64,000 bases of DNA from Octopus bimaculoides (Eukaryota): positions 59,065,650 through 59,129,649 of the forward strand of contig NC_068981.1 in assembly GCF_001194135.2 (NCBI RefSeq). Direction: 5' to 3'. The position numbers and the translations under genes were made by a program. Below, piece by piece: positions 13,606 to 27,349 of the stretch (its first letter is position 1; every line of letters begins with the position of its first letter). The notes beneath the pieces were generated by a model. It saw only the letters and a program-made list of their open reading frames with translations. It was not told the origin of the DNA and searched no databases.

Positions 13606-13928
13606 GGTGGTAGTAGTAGTAGTAATAGTAGTAATAATAACTGTCTGAAATTTTGACTCAAGACCTGCGATTTTAGGTTGAAGAGGTCAGTCGATTATAT
13701 CGACCCTTCACTAGTACTGTATTCAATCGACCCCACTATATTGGTGTGCGAATGTGTGTGTGTGTGTGTGTGTGTGTGTGGAAATTGAATAAACAGAACC
13801 CCAGTACTTGACTCGCGCTTATTTTACTCACCCTAGAAAGATGAAAGGCAAAGATAAAGTTCAGCGCTCTCTCTCTCTATAACTGATCAGTACTTAAGAT
13901 TCTACTCCTTTTTCTACTACTACTTTTT

Positions 13929-13996
<68 letters not shown>

Positions 13997-14344
13997 GCTG
14001 CTGCTGCTGCTGCTATCTTTTCGAAACAAGTTTCTATTTTCATAACTCAGAAATGAACAATAGGGAATTGAATTGTTGTTGCTGTTGTCTAGCCCCTACC
14101 ACTCCCGATCGAAGACGCTACAAAAATAAACACCCGGTCTTTTGTATATGCATAACCACATTTTGCAATGTGTCTTTATCTTAATAACACGGTTAGATGG
14201 GAATTGAAAGGAATTTGTTTTCTATTTCTTGCATATCACGTAGAATTTTCTTGATTGGCTCATAAAGAATTGATTTATAAAGTTTGGTACACTATGAATG
14301 TCCTGATATTACACCACTGAAAAAAATAGATTGTATTGGCCCAG

Positions 14345-14619
14345 GTACAACTGTGTGGTTTAGACGTTCGCTTTGAAAGCACGTGGTGCAGGGTTTAGTC
14401 TCACAGCGCAGCACCTTGGCCAAATGTCTTCTACTAATACCCCTGACTGATAGATGACATATAAGTAGATTTGGGAAACGGAAATTGCATGGAAAACCGT
14501 CACGCGCGCGTGTGTGCGCATTTGTTTATCCCACCACTTCACAGCCAATGTTGGTTTGTTTATGCTCCCATAACTCTGTGGGTTGGTAAAAGAACAATAG
14601 AGTAAGTATCAAACTTTAA

Positions 14620-14684
<65 letters not shown>

Positions 14685-14914
14685 GGGACCTTTTGAGTGG
14701 GATGGGCTACTCGACCTGAAGAAAATTCTAACTGGGCCCCGCCTGGACGGTCATGCGCTGTTTATCTTGATATGAGATCACCATGTCGCGTACATATTGT
14801 TGTGATGCATGTGCCTGGTGTACCCTTATCAGATGGGTAGTCATAATGGGTATAAAGGGATTCGTATATTTTACCCCAGTGTCACTTTGATGGTATGCAC
14901 TGCTCTCTCACTCA

Positions 14915-14969
<55 letters not shown>

Positions 14970-15075
14970 GTAGTATTAGTGAGGTCGATTTCTTCTACTA
15001 AAACCTTCAAAACAGTGCCCCAGCATGGCAGCAGACTAATGACTGAAAGAGTAAAATGACTGAAAGAAGAATAAA
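14345..15075 (+). mobile_element. tRNA-derived SINE type 2 (head, internal microsatellite, CCAGCATGGCCGCAG 3' end), split by an insertion at 14621-14970
   Basis: 5' and central parts at 14345-14620 and the 3' end at 14975-15075 are collinear with other copies at 18000-18975, 50335-50530 and 50735-51120. Confidence 0.75.
14685..14970 (+). mobile_element. 3' end of a further TAA-tailed element (family D), probably an RLE retrotransposon 3' UTR
   Basis: 230-bp non-microsatellite block bounded by long (TAA)n tracts on both sides; no ORF recognised. Confidence 0.55.
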
Positions 15076-15554
15076 AAATTATTTAAAAAAATATAATTGA
15101 AAACTGTAAGGTCAGAAGTCAGGAATGTTTATAAAATTCACTTCAGTAATATAATTAACGATGACAATAAATCACTTTATAATCATTATTACGAAGCTGC
15201 TAAGTTACAATGGTATTAGACAAGAATGCTTGGAGCCAATACTGCGTTCTATGTTGATTGCTAGCAGTTCACCCATAAATTTTAATTGCACATCTGTATA
15301 ATACAGATCAGTAATTTCTGATTGAATTTTCCATCGAAACCAATAATTGTTACCCTAACTTGATTGAGTTAAGCAAATAAATATCCCATTTTACTTGCTA
15401 TTTGTTGCATTAAAACCAGAGTTTCAGGAGCGCTTACACGTTCGTTTGACTTGCTAAATATATATCAGCCTAAGGAATACGTAGTTAATGTTTAAGCTTA
15501 ACTCTATATACAATTTCAATTGTTACTAACATATTTAAAGTGGCTTCGTTAAAT

Positions 15555-15557
15555 ATC

Positions 15558-15627
<70 letters not shown>

Positions 15628-15637
15628 TAATAATAAC

Positions 15638-15672
<35 letters not shown>

Positions 15673-15705
15673 TAATAATAATTTTTATTGTTGTTGTTGT
15701 TGTCG

Positions 15706-15739
<34 letters not shown>

Positions 15740-15760
15740 GATATAATATTATGATATAAT
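15555..15760. repeat. (TAA)n tract switching to (TTG)/(TTA)n (inverted microsatellite)
   Basis: Strand polarity flips near 15680. Confidence 0.9.
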
Positions 15761-15771
15761 AATGATAATCT

Positions 15772-15931
15772 AGAACAACACTATGTACAAATCAAAATAT
15801 ATGGTACCCTAGGCATAACACCTACATGAACTTCTAACTTGTTGTCTCTTGAGTTCTCTGGGTGAGACTTGGATCCAACTTGTACAAATGCAAAGCAAAA
15901 GTCAAACATAAAATAATAATAATAATAAAAT
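15772..15931 (+). mobile_element. R4/Dong family C 3' UTR copy 2
   Basis: Near-identical to 13160-13300; TAA tail, then a gap. Confidence 0.85.
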
Positions 15932-16618
15932 NNNNNNNNNNNNNNNNNNNNNNNNNNNNNNNNNNNNNNNNNNNNNNNNNNNNNNNNNNNNNNNNNNNNN
16001 NNNNNNNNNNNNNNNNNNNNNNNNNNNNNNNNNNNNNNNNNNNNNNNNNNNNNNNNNNNNNNNNNNNNNNNNNNNNNNNNNNNNNNNNNNNNNNNNNNNN
16101 NNNNNNNNNNNNNNNNNNNNNNNNNNNNNNNNNNNNNNNNNNNNNNNNNNNNNNNNNNNNNNNNNNNNNNNNNNNNNNNNNNNNNNNNNNNNNNNNNNNN
16201 NNNNNNNNNNNNNNNNNNNNNNNNNNNNNNNNNNNNNNNNNNNNNNNNNNNNNNNNNNNNNNNNNNNNNNNNNNNNNNNNNNNNNNNNNNNNNNNNNNNN
16301 NNNNNNNNNNNNNNNNNNNNNNNNNNNNNNNNNNNNNNNNNNNNNNNNNNNNNNNNNNNNNNNNNNNNNNNNNNNNNNNNNNNNNNNNNNNNNNNNNNNN
16401 NNNNNNNNNNNNNNNNNNNNNNNNNNNNNNNNNNNNNNNNNNNNNNNNNNNNNNNNNNNNNNNNNNNNNNNNNNNNNNNNNNNNNNNNNNNNNNNNNNNN
16501 NNNNNNNNNNNNNNNNNNNNNNNNNNNNNNNNNNNNNNNNNNNNNNNNNNNNNNNNNNNNNNNNNNNNNNNNNNNNNNNNNNNNNNNNNNNNNNNNNNNN
16601 NNNNNNNNNNNNNNNNNN

Positions 16619-16780
16619 GTACAAATCCAAATATATGGTACCCCAAGCATAACACCTACATGAACTTTTAACTTGTTGTCTCTTGAGGTCTATGGGTGAG
16701 ACTTGGATTCAACTTGTACAAATGCAAAGCAAAAGTCAAACATAAAATAATAATAATAATAAAATAATAATAATAATAAT
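16619..16780 (+). mobile_element. R4/Dong family C 3' UTR copy 3
   Basis: Same UTR with several private substitutions, so it is distinct from copy 2; TAA tail. Confidence 0.85.
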
Positions 16781-17610
16781 AGTGATTCAAAACCGGAAAC
16801 GGAGGCTCTAATCTGTGCTGCCCAAGAGCAAGCACTAAGAACAAACTACATAAAATACAGAATAGACAGCACATCAAAAAGTGATAAATGCAGAATCTGT
16901 GGATAAAACGGTGAAACCGTATTGCATATTACCAGCCAATGTACGCCACTAGCCCAGAAGGAATATAAGAGACGCCACAACAATATAGCTAGGCTTGTCC
17001 ATTGGACACTTTGAAGTAAGTATGGACTTGACAGAGCAAAATATTGGTACGACCACAAAGCTGAAGACATTGTCGAAAATAGAAATGAAAAGATCCTATG
17101 ATTCAGTGCGACCATGAGATAGAAAATAGGAAGCCGGACATAGACTTAATTGAGAAAGAAAACAAACTATGCTGGATCATAGATATAGCATGCCCAGCTG
17201 ACAACAAGGTATGCGATAAGGAACGAAGAAAAGTCGAGAAATATGATAGGTTAGCTTAGGAAGTTAAGTAGTGGTGGTCGATGAAAAAAGGTAGCAGTAG
17301 TACCAATAATTGTCGGAGCCCTGGGAACAGTGAGCAAAAATCTCGAGAAGTACGTGGAAAAAATAAGGGCTGCAATAAGGGTGGAGCACTTGCAGAAAAC
17401 AGCACTGCTTGGAACCGCTCGAATACTCCGGAAGGTGCTCGAAAAATAAGAAGTGTTACCTTAGTTTACTGGTAGTGAACAGCTGACACTGTAGTACATC
17501 TCCAGCGTTAGAAGCTGTGCAAAGGCACACAACAACAACAACAACAACAACAACAAGAACAACAACAACAACAACAATAATAATAATAATAATAATTATA
17601 ACAATAATAG
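16781..17610 (+). mobile_element. R4/Dong family B copy 2 (CCHC + RLE + complete 3' UTR + CAA/TAA tail), 5'-truncated
   Basis: KPETEALICAAQEQALRTNYIKY..CRICG..KPDIDLI..IIDIACPADNK..KVEKY..QKTALLGTARILRKVLEK*; collinear with 11862-12497. Confidence 0.92.
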
Positions 17611-17999
17611 TAGTAGTACAAGTCCACAAACCTGTAGGAGAAGAGTAGTCTGTTGAAATCGACTCTAGTACAAGTCTGATGTTGAGATTGCTGTCTTAAG
17701 TAGGATAAAAGGTGAGATTAAAACTCAGAATTTTGAGAGGAAGATACCACATACATCAGCGTATTTTCTATAGGCGTTAATGTTTCTGCCACTCCCTGTC
17801 ATTCTCTTGAAAAGTTAATTAACAAAAATTAACTGAAACACTAAATAGAGTGTAATTAGGATTGCTTGTTTTAAGTTAGTGTTCTTGGTTAATCAATACC
17901 TAATTATTATTCTGAACGTTAAAAAATGGCACAATGAAGACGTAGAATGACGGAGAAAATATATTTATGATTGTGCACTGAGCAACACTTTACTGGAGT

Positions 18000-18152
18000 A
18001 GTGGTCTCCGGACATATTTAGTTATATGACTGTGTGATTAAGAAGTTCGCTTTGGTTTCAGTTTCAGTCTCATCTTGGTCTCCTACCCAACACCCAGGAC
18101 CGAACACTGCCTTATGAGTGAATTCGGTAGGAAAAACTGTGAGGAAACCCCG

Positions 18153-18241
<89 letters not shown>

Positions 18242-18975
18242 TATAGTTGAAATATGTAGAAAAACAAAAGACGAAGACAGGGGTATAAACAACAAGCAGG
18301 TATATTAGTATGACGCTCGGGAAGGTGAAAACAGTCTTTTACGTTTCGAGCCTACGTTCTTCAATAGAAAGGAATAAGAGAAAATAGACAAAGAGAGGAT
18401 AAAAAAGAACTTGTGAATTTAGCGGTCAAGTATGGTGACTGATTAGAAAAACAAGTTTGAAAGATGAGGTTTAAAGGAGAGGAGATAATAAAGTATTGGT
18501 GATCCAAAAGAAGGTGCGCGTGCGTGTGTGTGCATGTGAGAATGTGTAAGTAAGTGTGTGTGTGGATAGGGGCTAGTGACTTTGATGTGTGTGGGAGTGT
18601 GCATGTATAAGTGTGAGTGTCTGTAATGTGTGGCTCTCATATAGTGGTACGTGTGGTGACGCTATTGAAGATTGATTGTGGGTGTGTGGATGATGGTATG
18701 TGGTGTGGGTGCTGGGAAGTGGTCAGTGATATATATATGTATGAATGTATATATGTGTATGCGTGTGTGTGTACTTTTGTGTTTGTGTTGCGCATGTTCC
18801 CCATCGTCGCCTGGCAACCGATGCTGGTTTGTTTAAATCACCCAAATTAACAGTACAGTAAAATATACCTGCAGAATAAGTGCAAAAATGAGATTTGCTT
18901 AACTAAATCTTTCAAGGCAGTGCGTCAGCATGGCCGCAGTGCAATGACTGAAACAAATAAAAGTAAAAGATAAAG
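18000..18975 (+). mobile_element. SINE type 2 whose internal (CA)n tract hosts a Penelope-like insert
   Basis: 5' half about 18000-18155; 3' half about 18780-18975 (ATCGTCGCCTGGCAACCGATGCTGG..CAGCATGGCCGCAG). Confidence 0.65.
18238..18730 (-). mobile_element. Non-autonomous Penelope-like remnant with a degenerate hammerhead motif
   Basis: Minus strand 18336-18370 reads CTATTGA-A-GAAC-GTAG-GCTC-GAAAC-GTA, a mutated CUGANGA-stem-GAAAC-GUH; body is GA-rich then TG-rich. Confidence 0.5.
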
Positions 18976-20607
18976 ATATCTGTAGTGTCTTAGCATAAAA
19001 AAATCTGTTTCACATAACGTGTCAACTGTAGGGAGGGAAATCTAACGGGCCTTGAACAAATATATATGCCTGGAGTTGATTTGAACTTATGGCAAATGTG
19101 CAGCTGCTTCAAAATGATTATCCACTGAACCATCCTACCTCTGAGAAACCCTTGTTCGATCTTCTATTGATGAATGAAATTCTATGTGGTACTTCAATCA
19201 GCTAGAAGTAGCAACAAAATCTCTCACGAATCACACCGTAGTGCCTTTAAAAATACTAGGTACAATAGATTGTATGATATAGTCTTTGTTACTTTAGAAT
19301 ATCTTAGTCATCATTGCGAAGGCCATGCTGGAGTATCAAATTCAAAATAGTATAGTCATGGCTGGAGCACTGTCTATTATAGGTCTGTCTTCTCATTGCT
19401 GATTTAGGACTAAATAATAATGACATGACCTATTTAGCATTGATTGATTTGTTTGAATGCGATTCACTGAATTAATTTACCTTGAAAGTATAAAGCATAA
19501 TATCGTTGTAAGAGGACAACTTAATCGGGGCCCAAAACATTAAACGATGTGACACTAACAGAAATGCTGGAATCTCCATACCCTTCTCTTTCCCGACACA
19601 ATATTAAAATGTAATCTATTTATAAAATGTATAAGTTATGGTAATACCGAATGTTAAACAACGCACTGCTATTTCTTATACCGTATAATGTAGTGCGGCT
19701 TCGAACTTAATAAATTTATGAATAAATAATTTAATAAATAAAATATTTATTTCATTAAAATGAAGACAGTATTGCTGATTGTATTTTGGAGTCAAGAAGA
19801 TTGGAAAGATATTATTTATCAACTAGAAAACTTTATTTGGCATTGCCCGAGAGAAATTGTTTGGAGTAATATAATTTATATGCGATTAAAAAAATAACAA
19901 ATTTAATAAAAACAACTTAATGGTAAAAAGTAAATAAAACAGTGGAAAACATAATTTCTTTACATACCAGGTGTTCCACTATTAAAGTTGCATAAGGAAA
20001 CAGACATATAAATCATAATGTTCTTTTTTCTTCTCTTCCTCAAAAAAAAAAAAAAAAAAAAGAACAGCTTGTTCAAACACAGTTTTGAGAATGATATAAT
20101 ATTGTTAAAAGTTATCATTGCCATTTTTTGAAATAAAACTTATTACTGAAAATTCCGAAAGTGTAGATACCATAATGATATGATGATAATCCCATTACTT
20201 TGAAATGTGAAAACTTGCACCACCTCAGTTTTCCTCTTAAATGTTTGGGGAATTCATTTCGACGTTTTGTTCTTTTTCTATGTACACTTTATCTTATACA
20301 AGTTACACAATATCGACCAAGACACTAGCAGTCAAACATTTAGAAAACACGCATATATGAAGAAAAAATACAAAAAAATAAAACAAATATGCAAACATCA
20401 TTTCTCATATAAAATTATATACATCAGTATTACTTAATACTTTTGCATGTAATATCATACTTAATGTTTATAGCATGCTTAGTTTTGCTTCAAAATATAA
20501 ACTTTAGGCTATAAACTCATTAATTTTTAGGCTATAGATTCATTTATATCTTGTCACTGGTTTCCAGTGTTTGGACATTCTGTTAGGTGGAAATCTCATA
20601 TTATATA

Positions 20608-20820
20608 CGAGAGGGTGCTGAAAAGTTGCTGGCTTTGGGTAAGAGAAAATACAGTAGGATCAGTAATGATTTTCGTCAACATATTCTCCTCTCGGATTCA
20701 CAAACTTATTGCAGCGGTCCTATAGTTTTCCTAAGTCCTGCAAAAGAACCCCGAAGGCTGGGCTTTCAATAAGGCCTTCCGCAATATTCTTGCAGCCAAA
20801 GACTTTTCAGCACCCCCTTG
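20608..20820. mobile_element. Mariner-type MITE (213 bp) with TA target duplication
   Basis: TIRs CGAGAGGGTGCTGAAAAGTTGCTGGCT and CAAGGGGGTGCTGAAAAGTCTTTGGCT (22/27 matches); TA on both sides. Confidence 0.85.
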
Positions 20821-21345
20821 TATGCTTTCAGTACTAAGTTGTTTGAAACCCTTCTATGTATGCACGTATGGGCTGGTTGTATACAGCAAATAAAGAGAAA
20901 CACATACAACTATACATAAATACTCAAAATGTGTGTGTGTATCAGCACACACAGACGTACGTATTCACCAGAAGTCACATTTAATATCAAAGAACGGTCC
21001 ATAGGTGAAAGCGTGAAATGTTAAATGATGCAGTTAAGACTACTAAGTTTTTATTGTTTTTAAAACATTGTTTATAATGATTGACCAAATGAAATATATT
21101 AGTAAATGTACTGATATACACATACATTCACACGTACGTACTAAAATTACACATACAAGAGTAACATCTATAGATATACATACACACACAAAATAACAAG
21201 GCAAACATAACTTGCTTGATGACCCCGTGAGTACGCAATTCCAGAATAGCCAGTGACTCATCCGAAAAAGAAATATCATTAATGTCTACTATGGTACTGA
21301 CTACTCTTTCACCTAAATAAATCCCTCTCTCTCTCTCTCTCTCTC

Positions 21346-21418
<73 letters not shown>

Positions 21419-22041
21419 GTGTACATATATATGTGTGTGTGTGCGTGAGTGTGTGTGTGTGTGTGAGAGAAAGAGAGAGAAAACAGCAAAATGAACAACT
21501 TAAATAAACAAGTTAAAATAATTGAAGCATGTAACGAAATCTTTGTGGCTGCAGGTAACTTCAGAATTTGTCGGTTGCCAAGCAATTTGATTTTAAGCGG
21601 AGAGACAAAAGTGAAATGATGTCTCAAACACAAGGACTAATAAATCAATGTTTAGTTTAATTTTTTAAAAAAGGTCTCTTAAAAAAGGTCTTTCTTTAAA
21701 AAAGGTCTTTTATCTAAATCTAACAGCTAATGTTTACTAACCATGTAACTATTTCTTTTAACACGCACACACACACACACACACCGCGCGCGCACACATT
21801 CGAATTCCACTGCATTGTATAAGATGTTTTGCACACATCAACTGGCTCTCATGCAGCTTTGATTCTCATTTTTTCTTCCAACCACTTCTTTAGATAAAAC
21901 CTAAGGGTGTAGCGACAGAAGAAAAAAGAAGCACTTAGAACGCCAGAAGGTGAGCAGTCTTCATATAGGGAATATAGTGTAAGCAAGTCAGTCAATCATC
22001 TGTCGAGGATGAACTTTTTTATTAATATTTCATATGTAATA

Positions 22042-22265
22042 AAGGCGGTACTCTGGCAGAATCGTTAGCACGCCTGGGAAAATGCTTAATGACATTTCTT
22101 CTGTCTTTACGTCCTTAGTTGAAATTCTGCCGAAGTTGACTTTGTCTTTTATTTTTTCAGGATTGAGAAAATAAGTACCAGTTGAGCACTTCGGTCGATG
22201 TAATCGACTAAACCCGTCCTCCTCAAATTGCGGGCATTGAGCCAAAATTTGAAACCAGTATTACT
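22042..22265 (+). mobile_element. tRNA-derived SINE type 1, full length
   Basis: AAGGCGGTACTCTGGCAGAATCGTTAGCACGCC head through the CCAAAATTTGAAACC tail. Confidence 0.9.
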
Positions 22266-24712
22266 TATATAATAACGAAAACCAAAAGCGAAAATCGGGT
22301 GCAGGCCAAGACGGTCAATATAAATTTACCTTGTTTACTATTTTTCAGAGCCAAGCTTACTAGTAATTCAACGTTAGGTTTGGCAAGTCCGTGAAGAGTA
22401 TAATTTTCAGCAAACCTAAATATGCTCGAAGTATATAAATTCATTATGAATATTTAAATGATGCTGGCAAAAGCAGTTAAGGACCGGACAAAATACCCCG
22501 CAGTTTCTCATTTCTTCTTGGTATGTTGTGTGTTCAAGTGCTGCTGAGGTAAATTTTACTTTCATATTACTTAAGGTCAATAAGATAAGTACTAATTATT
22601 GTTTCTTTTGAAGTTCACAATCAGCACTAATCTAGCAGACCTAAGTTAAAAGACGTTGCAGTTATGACCATCCCATTTTGTTTTTATGGATTCAATATTC
22701 AATGTGTTTTTCAAGATGCTAGAGCATAAATTTAGGCGCAGAATAATAAGAATGTTATTTCCAGAAAATTGAGCGGGTGCACAGAAGTTCTATGGTTGAC
22801 TGTACTGATACTGGTTAAATTCTGGAGGCGATTTATTGATTCTGTGGCCTTGTGGTAGTGGTGAAAATCAATATATGATACAGGTCTAAATAGGATCTCA
22901 TATTCTGAACGTCCTTAATTGATTTCTTTATCTGACAATCAAATAAATCAATTACTTGAATTTTCATGAGCAAAGGCTTCCATTAATAGATGATAGTTAA
23001 GCAACTGCTTTGATTCCTAGATGTGTGCTCACTACACGTGTGGGTGAATACGAGCGAAGTAGAGATCAGTCTTGCACAAGGTTTTATACAGTGTTTACAG
23101 TCTCTAATACTGTGTTAAATTTTCTCTAACTACTTCTACTATTTCATTGGTTTGACCTTTGTACTTTTGTAATCCCTCTACATTATTCTAGCTATGAATA
23201 TATATGTCCTTGTCACTAAATATAGATTAAAAGAGACAATTTGGGGCATCAAAATGACCCACATATAACAGAATAAAAGGGATGTAGGAGAATCTTTATG
23301 TTTATTTTTAAAGTAGGTAGAAGACTATAAATATCTAGGGTGGAGTACAAACGATTCAGTTGACACCAACATTTTATTGGTACTTATTCTTTGACCTAGC
23401 AGGGTTTGAAATCACAAAGTCACTAAGTACTACACCACATTCTCTTCTGCGTTCTACGGATTTACCCATCACTACTTACAGCACTTAAAATCAAATTTGA
23501 TTAGCAAATATTTAACTCCTCCTATCTTTGATAACCCCTCCACCCCATCTATATCGGACGCTTGCAGCAAATTATTTCTAACGGTTAATTTATAATTTTC
23601 CTTCCATTTGAATTAATACACTAAAGCACGATGATAATATAATTATTATGAAGATGTCTCGGAGGGAAGTTGAAAACTAAATATAATTTCTTTTTCGTCC
23701 CAGTGAAAGAAAATTAAACACACAAAATAAGTATGTACATATTTACAAATATATCACTGAAAACATTTATAAACACAGAGAAACAAATAGAAAAATAAAT
23801 TGAAAATTTTAATAAGATGTCAGAATTAATTCATGCGGCTGCTTGAAAAACTCGAATCGATATAGTGTCAGTCTAGGAACAGATGCGTCGTTAGTATCTA
23901 AAAGTAGCGCGTGCGGCTCTATGTTCATAGACAATGCCACTCGTTTACACCATCTCAGTCCTTCGAAGTATAAGCAAGTGATATAGAGTTAGTACAGCGA
24001 AAACGGAGAATATAATATCTTTCATTTGGTCTGCCGTGCTGAGTTCCAGTCCAAATACTACCTGAAGCCAAGCGTGTATTGTTGTTCAAACGATTACTTT
24101 ATTTTATAGTACAAACTAGTACGGGTCGTCATCCTGAAAATAACAAGCCATCAGGAACTTCAATCTCCCCCCGCAACATCCGCAACGATAGGATGAAATA
24201 CAAAAATAGGAGCTTTGAATTATGCAACACTTCTTTCGCTTTCAGGTGACATCGTTGTTGCATATCCAGTGCGAAATAGTGAATGCTGAAAAGAAAGAAA
24301 CCAAGAGCTCGTGAGAAATCTCTAATTCCAACTAATTATTTCTTGCGTATCAGATTTGCTGTTCGATGTAGGTCGGATACATATTCACATCAATCCTTTT
24401 ATTACATGCTGATTGTGATTATTAAGCACACAAACACAGGCACGAACGGATACGCACACACACACATTTATATAGAAACGTATTAATATTGTAGTTTTGA
24501 CAGCAGAGACAGTAACTTGTTAGACAAGTGGCGCATATTTTCAATAACGGTAACAGATACATTCGGATTTTTGAAAATGGCGTCGGGCATATTTACTTCG
24601 GATTAAATAAAAACGGAAATAACGTGGATCTGGATACATACATACATACATACATACATACATACATACATACACATGTACTGCATTGATGGTCATTATC
24701 GACATTTACATT

Positions 24713-24750
<38 letters not shown>

Positions 24751-24834
24751 NNNNNNNNNNNNNNNNNNNNNNNNNNNNNNNNNNNNNNNNNNNNNNNNNN
24801 NNNNNNNNNNCACACACATATATATATGTGCGTG

Positions 24835-24890
<56 letters not shown>

Positions 24891-25849
24891 ATGTATGCAT
24901 ACGTATATATTTACACATACCAGTACATACGTGTCTGTATACGTGTGCATGTATGTATATGAGTATGTATATAACCTGTAGAGGAGTAAATGTTGGTATA
25001 TTCATGTGTGCACAGCTGCACCTGTCTTTGTCCGTTTGCATGTGTAAATGATGAACGACATCACCACGTGATGCCAATCGACCAACGAATTACATGGTTG
25101 ATTACAAATAATTATATACAGTCTATGTAAATCAGTAATGCCTTCAGTCAAATTGAGTGATAAAGATAGCAAAAGGAAAAGTTAGTAATTTACCGTCGCT
25201 ATTAGTTGTAGCTTTGTAGTAGGACCAGTAATACAAGCCAACGAACAGGTATTGACGCCATCGCACAACCTATCAGAAACAGCAGTGAAATATCCTTCAA
25301 GTAACACACTATCATCTTAAAAGAGGAAAGAGACATTGGAAAATGTAAACCAAAAATACGTAATAGTAATAGCTGGAAACCCTTTGGAAGTAGGTCTGTT
25401 CGATCGAAGGCTGTGCAATAAACTGAAGCAGAATCAGCAGTAGCAGCTACGACAACAACAAAACGTTACGGGTTCGACAAATACGTATATGCATAATACG
25501 CCTTGACGCATACATCTATATGAAATTCTCATATACAGATATAATATATCAAGTGGTAGTCTGAAGGCATGTCGGAGTTTCGTAGTTTGCAAAAATGTTG
25601 AGCATTTGCCCTTCACAAACTTCCTATCTGTATGTTGATTATCATTCTTTTCTTCATATATTTACTTAATTAGCAATCAGTATAATACATGTTTGCATGC
25701 ATATCATAGATATGTTGGGAAGAATATATTTGTTGACTTAAAATATTCTGTGCATGTCTATGATTATACGTATGTCTGTACATTTGTGTATATTGATTTC
25801 TTTAGACTGGGTACATATTTCCTTTTGTCTAGGTACATATGCAATGTGT

Positions 25850-26145
25850 GAAGGTACATGGCTCAGTGGTTAGAGGGCGGGCTGTGTGTTGTGTTCTTGA
25901 GCAAGACATTTTATTTCACGTTGCTCCAGTTCATACAGCCGTAGAAATGAGTTGCGATGTCACAGGTGCCAAATTGTATCGACCCTGGACAACATCGGTG
26001 GCGTGAAGAGGGGAGGCTGGTATGCATGAGCGACTGCTGGTTTTCCATAAACAACCTTGCCCGAACTTGTGTCTCGGAGGGTAACTTTCTAGGTGCAACC
26101 CCATGGTGAGTTATGACCGAAAGGGATCTTTTTACTTTTACATTT
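25850..26145 (+). mobile_element. tRNA-derived SINE type 3 with a CORE-like central domain
   Basis: TGGCTCAGTGGTTAG A-box; CTTGAGCAAGACATTTTATTTCACGTTGCTCCAGTT central block shared with 39853-40180. Confidence 0.7.
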
Positions 26146-26159
26146 TTACTATACCTCAG

Positions 26160-26338
26160 GGTATGGCTTAGCGGCCATTTCGTTCGTTTTATGTTCTGAG
26201 TTCGAATTCCGCCAAGGTCGACTTCGCCTTTCGTTCTTTCAGGGCCGATAAAATAAGTACCAGTTGAGCACTCGGGTCAGTGTAATCGACTTAACCCTAT
26301 CCCCCGAACTTGCTGGCCTTGTTCCAAAATTTAAAACC
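26160..26338 (+). mobile_element. SINE type 1, 5'-truncated
   Basis: GAGTTCGAATTCCGCCAAGGTCGAC..CCAAAATTTAAAACC. Confidence 0.85.
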
Positions 26339-27349
26339 TACGTCACCGGGAACTTAACAAATAAACAAAAGAGCCTGCGTGCTCCTACAAGGGTGATTAC
26401 ATCACCCCTGTCATAGCACCTCATGAAGCTTTGACAATGATACTTCCCAGCTCTCAACATTATTTTGATATCAAGGTTACTAATCAACGGTGATGACTTA
26501 ATGGTGACCGCGGAACACCTTTTATAATAGAGCGGCTTTCTGCAGATATGTGACAAAACAACAAAATCAGAGTTCCTGTTATCCATTACTATTCGACAGA
26601 GCAAGAATTATAATTATTTCTGATTTAGAGACAAGGCAATGCATTTTGGTGGAAGAATATAAGTGATTACATCGACCCCGGTACTTGACTGGTTCCTATT
26701 GAATCGCTGTAGAAGGACGAAAGAAATTTTAAACTCAAAATATATGGATTTTTAAGTCGGAATACACACACATGCGTATGCACACACATACACATACCAA
26801 TGCAAATATATAATAGAAATTCGATGAAGTAATATCAGTTTTCTTTTGACACTGTACCAAAATTCTGAAATGAATCAAATTGCCAAATCTGACGGTCAGC
26901 AGCGTGAAGAAAGAGAAATAGCTTCAAACAGAATTTGAAACTTACAAAACCGTCTCGACTTGACGTGAACTTACTTATTACATTTCATTTCCACACATAC
27001 ACTGAATATTACATAAGCCATTGATCCAACTTTCTTTACGCAAAGCAATTCATCAATAGGTGAATATACGTTTTGAATACAAGAACATGTGACTTTACGC
27101 ATTTATTCGTGTGTGTGTTTGTGTATGTATGCATCTGTTTCTCTGTGAGAGTAACTGTGAATACCCATGAACACATGTGTTGTTACTTCTGAACTTGCTA
27201 CATTTATGCTTTTCTTATCATCATTAACGATAGAAATGAAGGCGACTGATTTTAACAAAAGCTTGAAACAGACTCATTGAGCCAAACATACGGAGCTCTT
27301 CTTTTGTACATTTTGCCACTCCGTATAGTTGTTTTCGTTGCCGAGTCAG

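Noticed and set aside
15772-16780. Gap-flanking duplication as an assembly artefact
   Set aside because: The two copies differ at several positions, so they are kept as separate insertions.
23900-24330. GC-richer segment with short open frames on the minus strand
   Set aside because: No recognisable motif or consistent splice pair.
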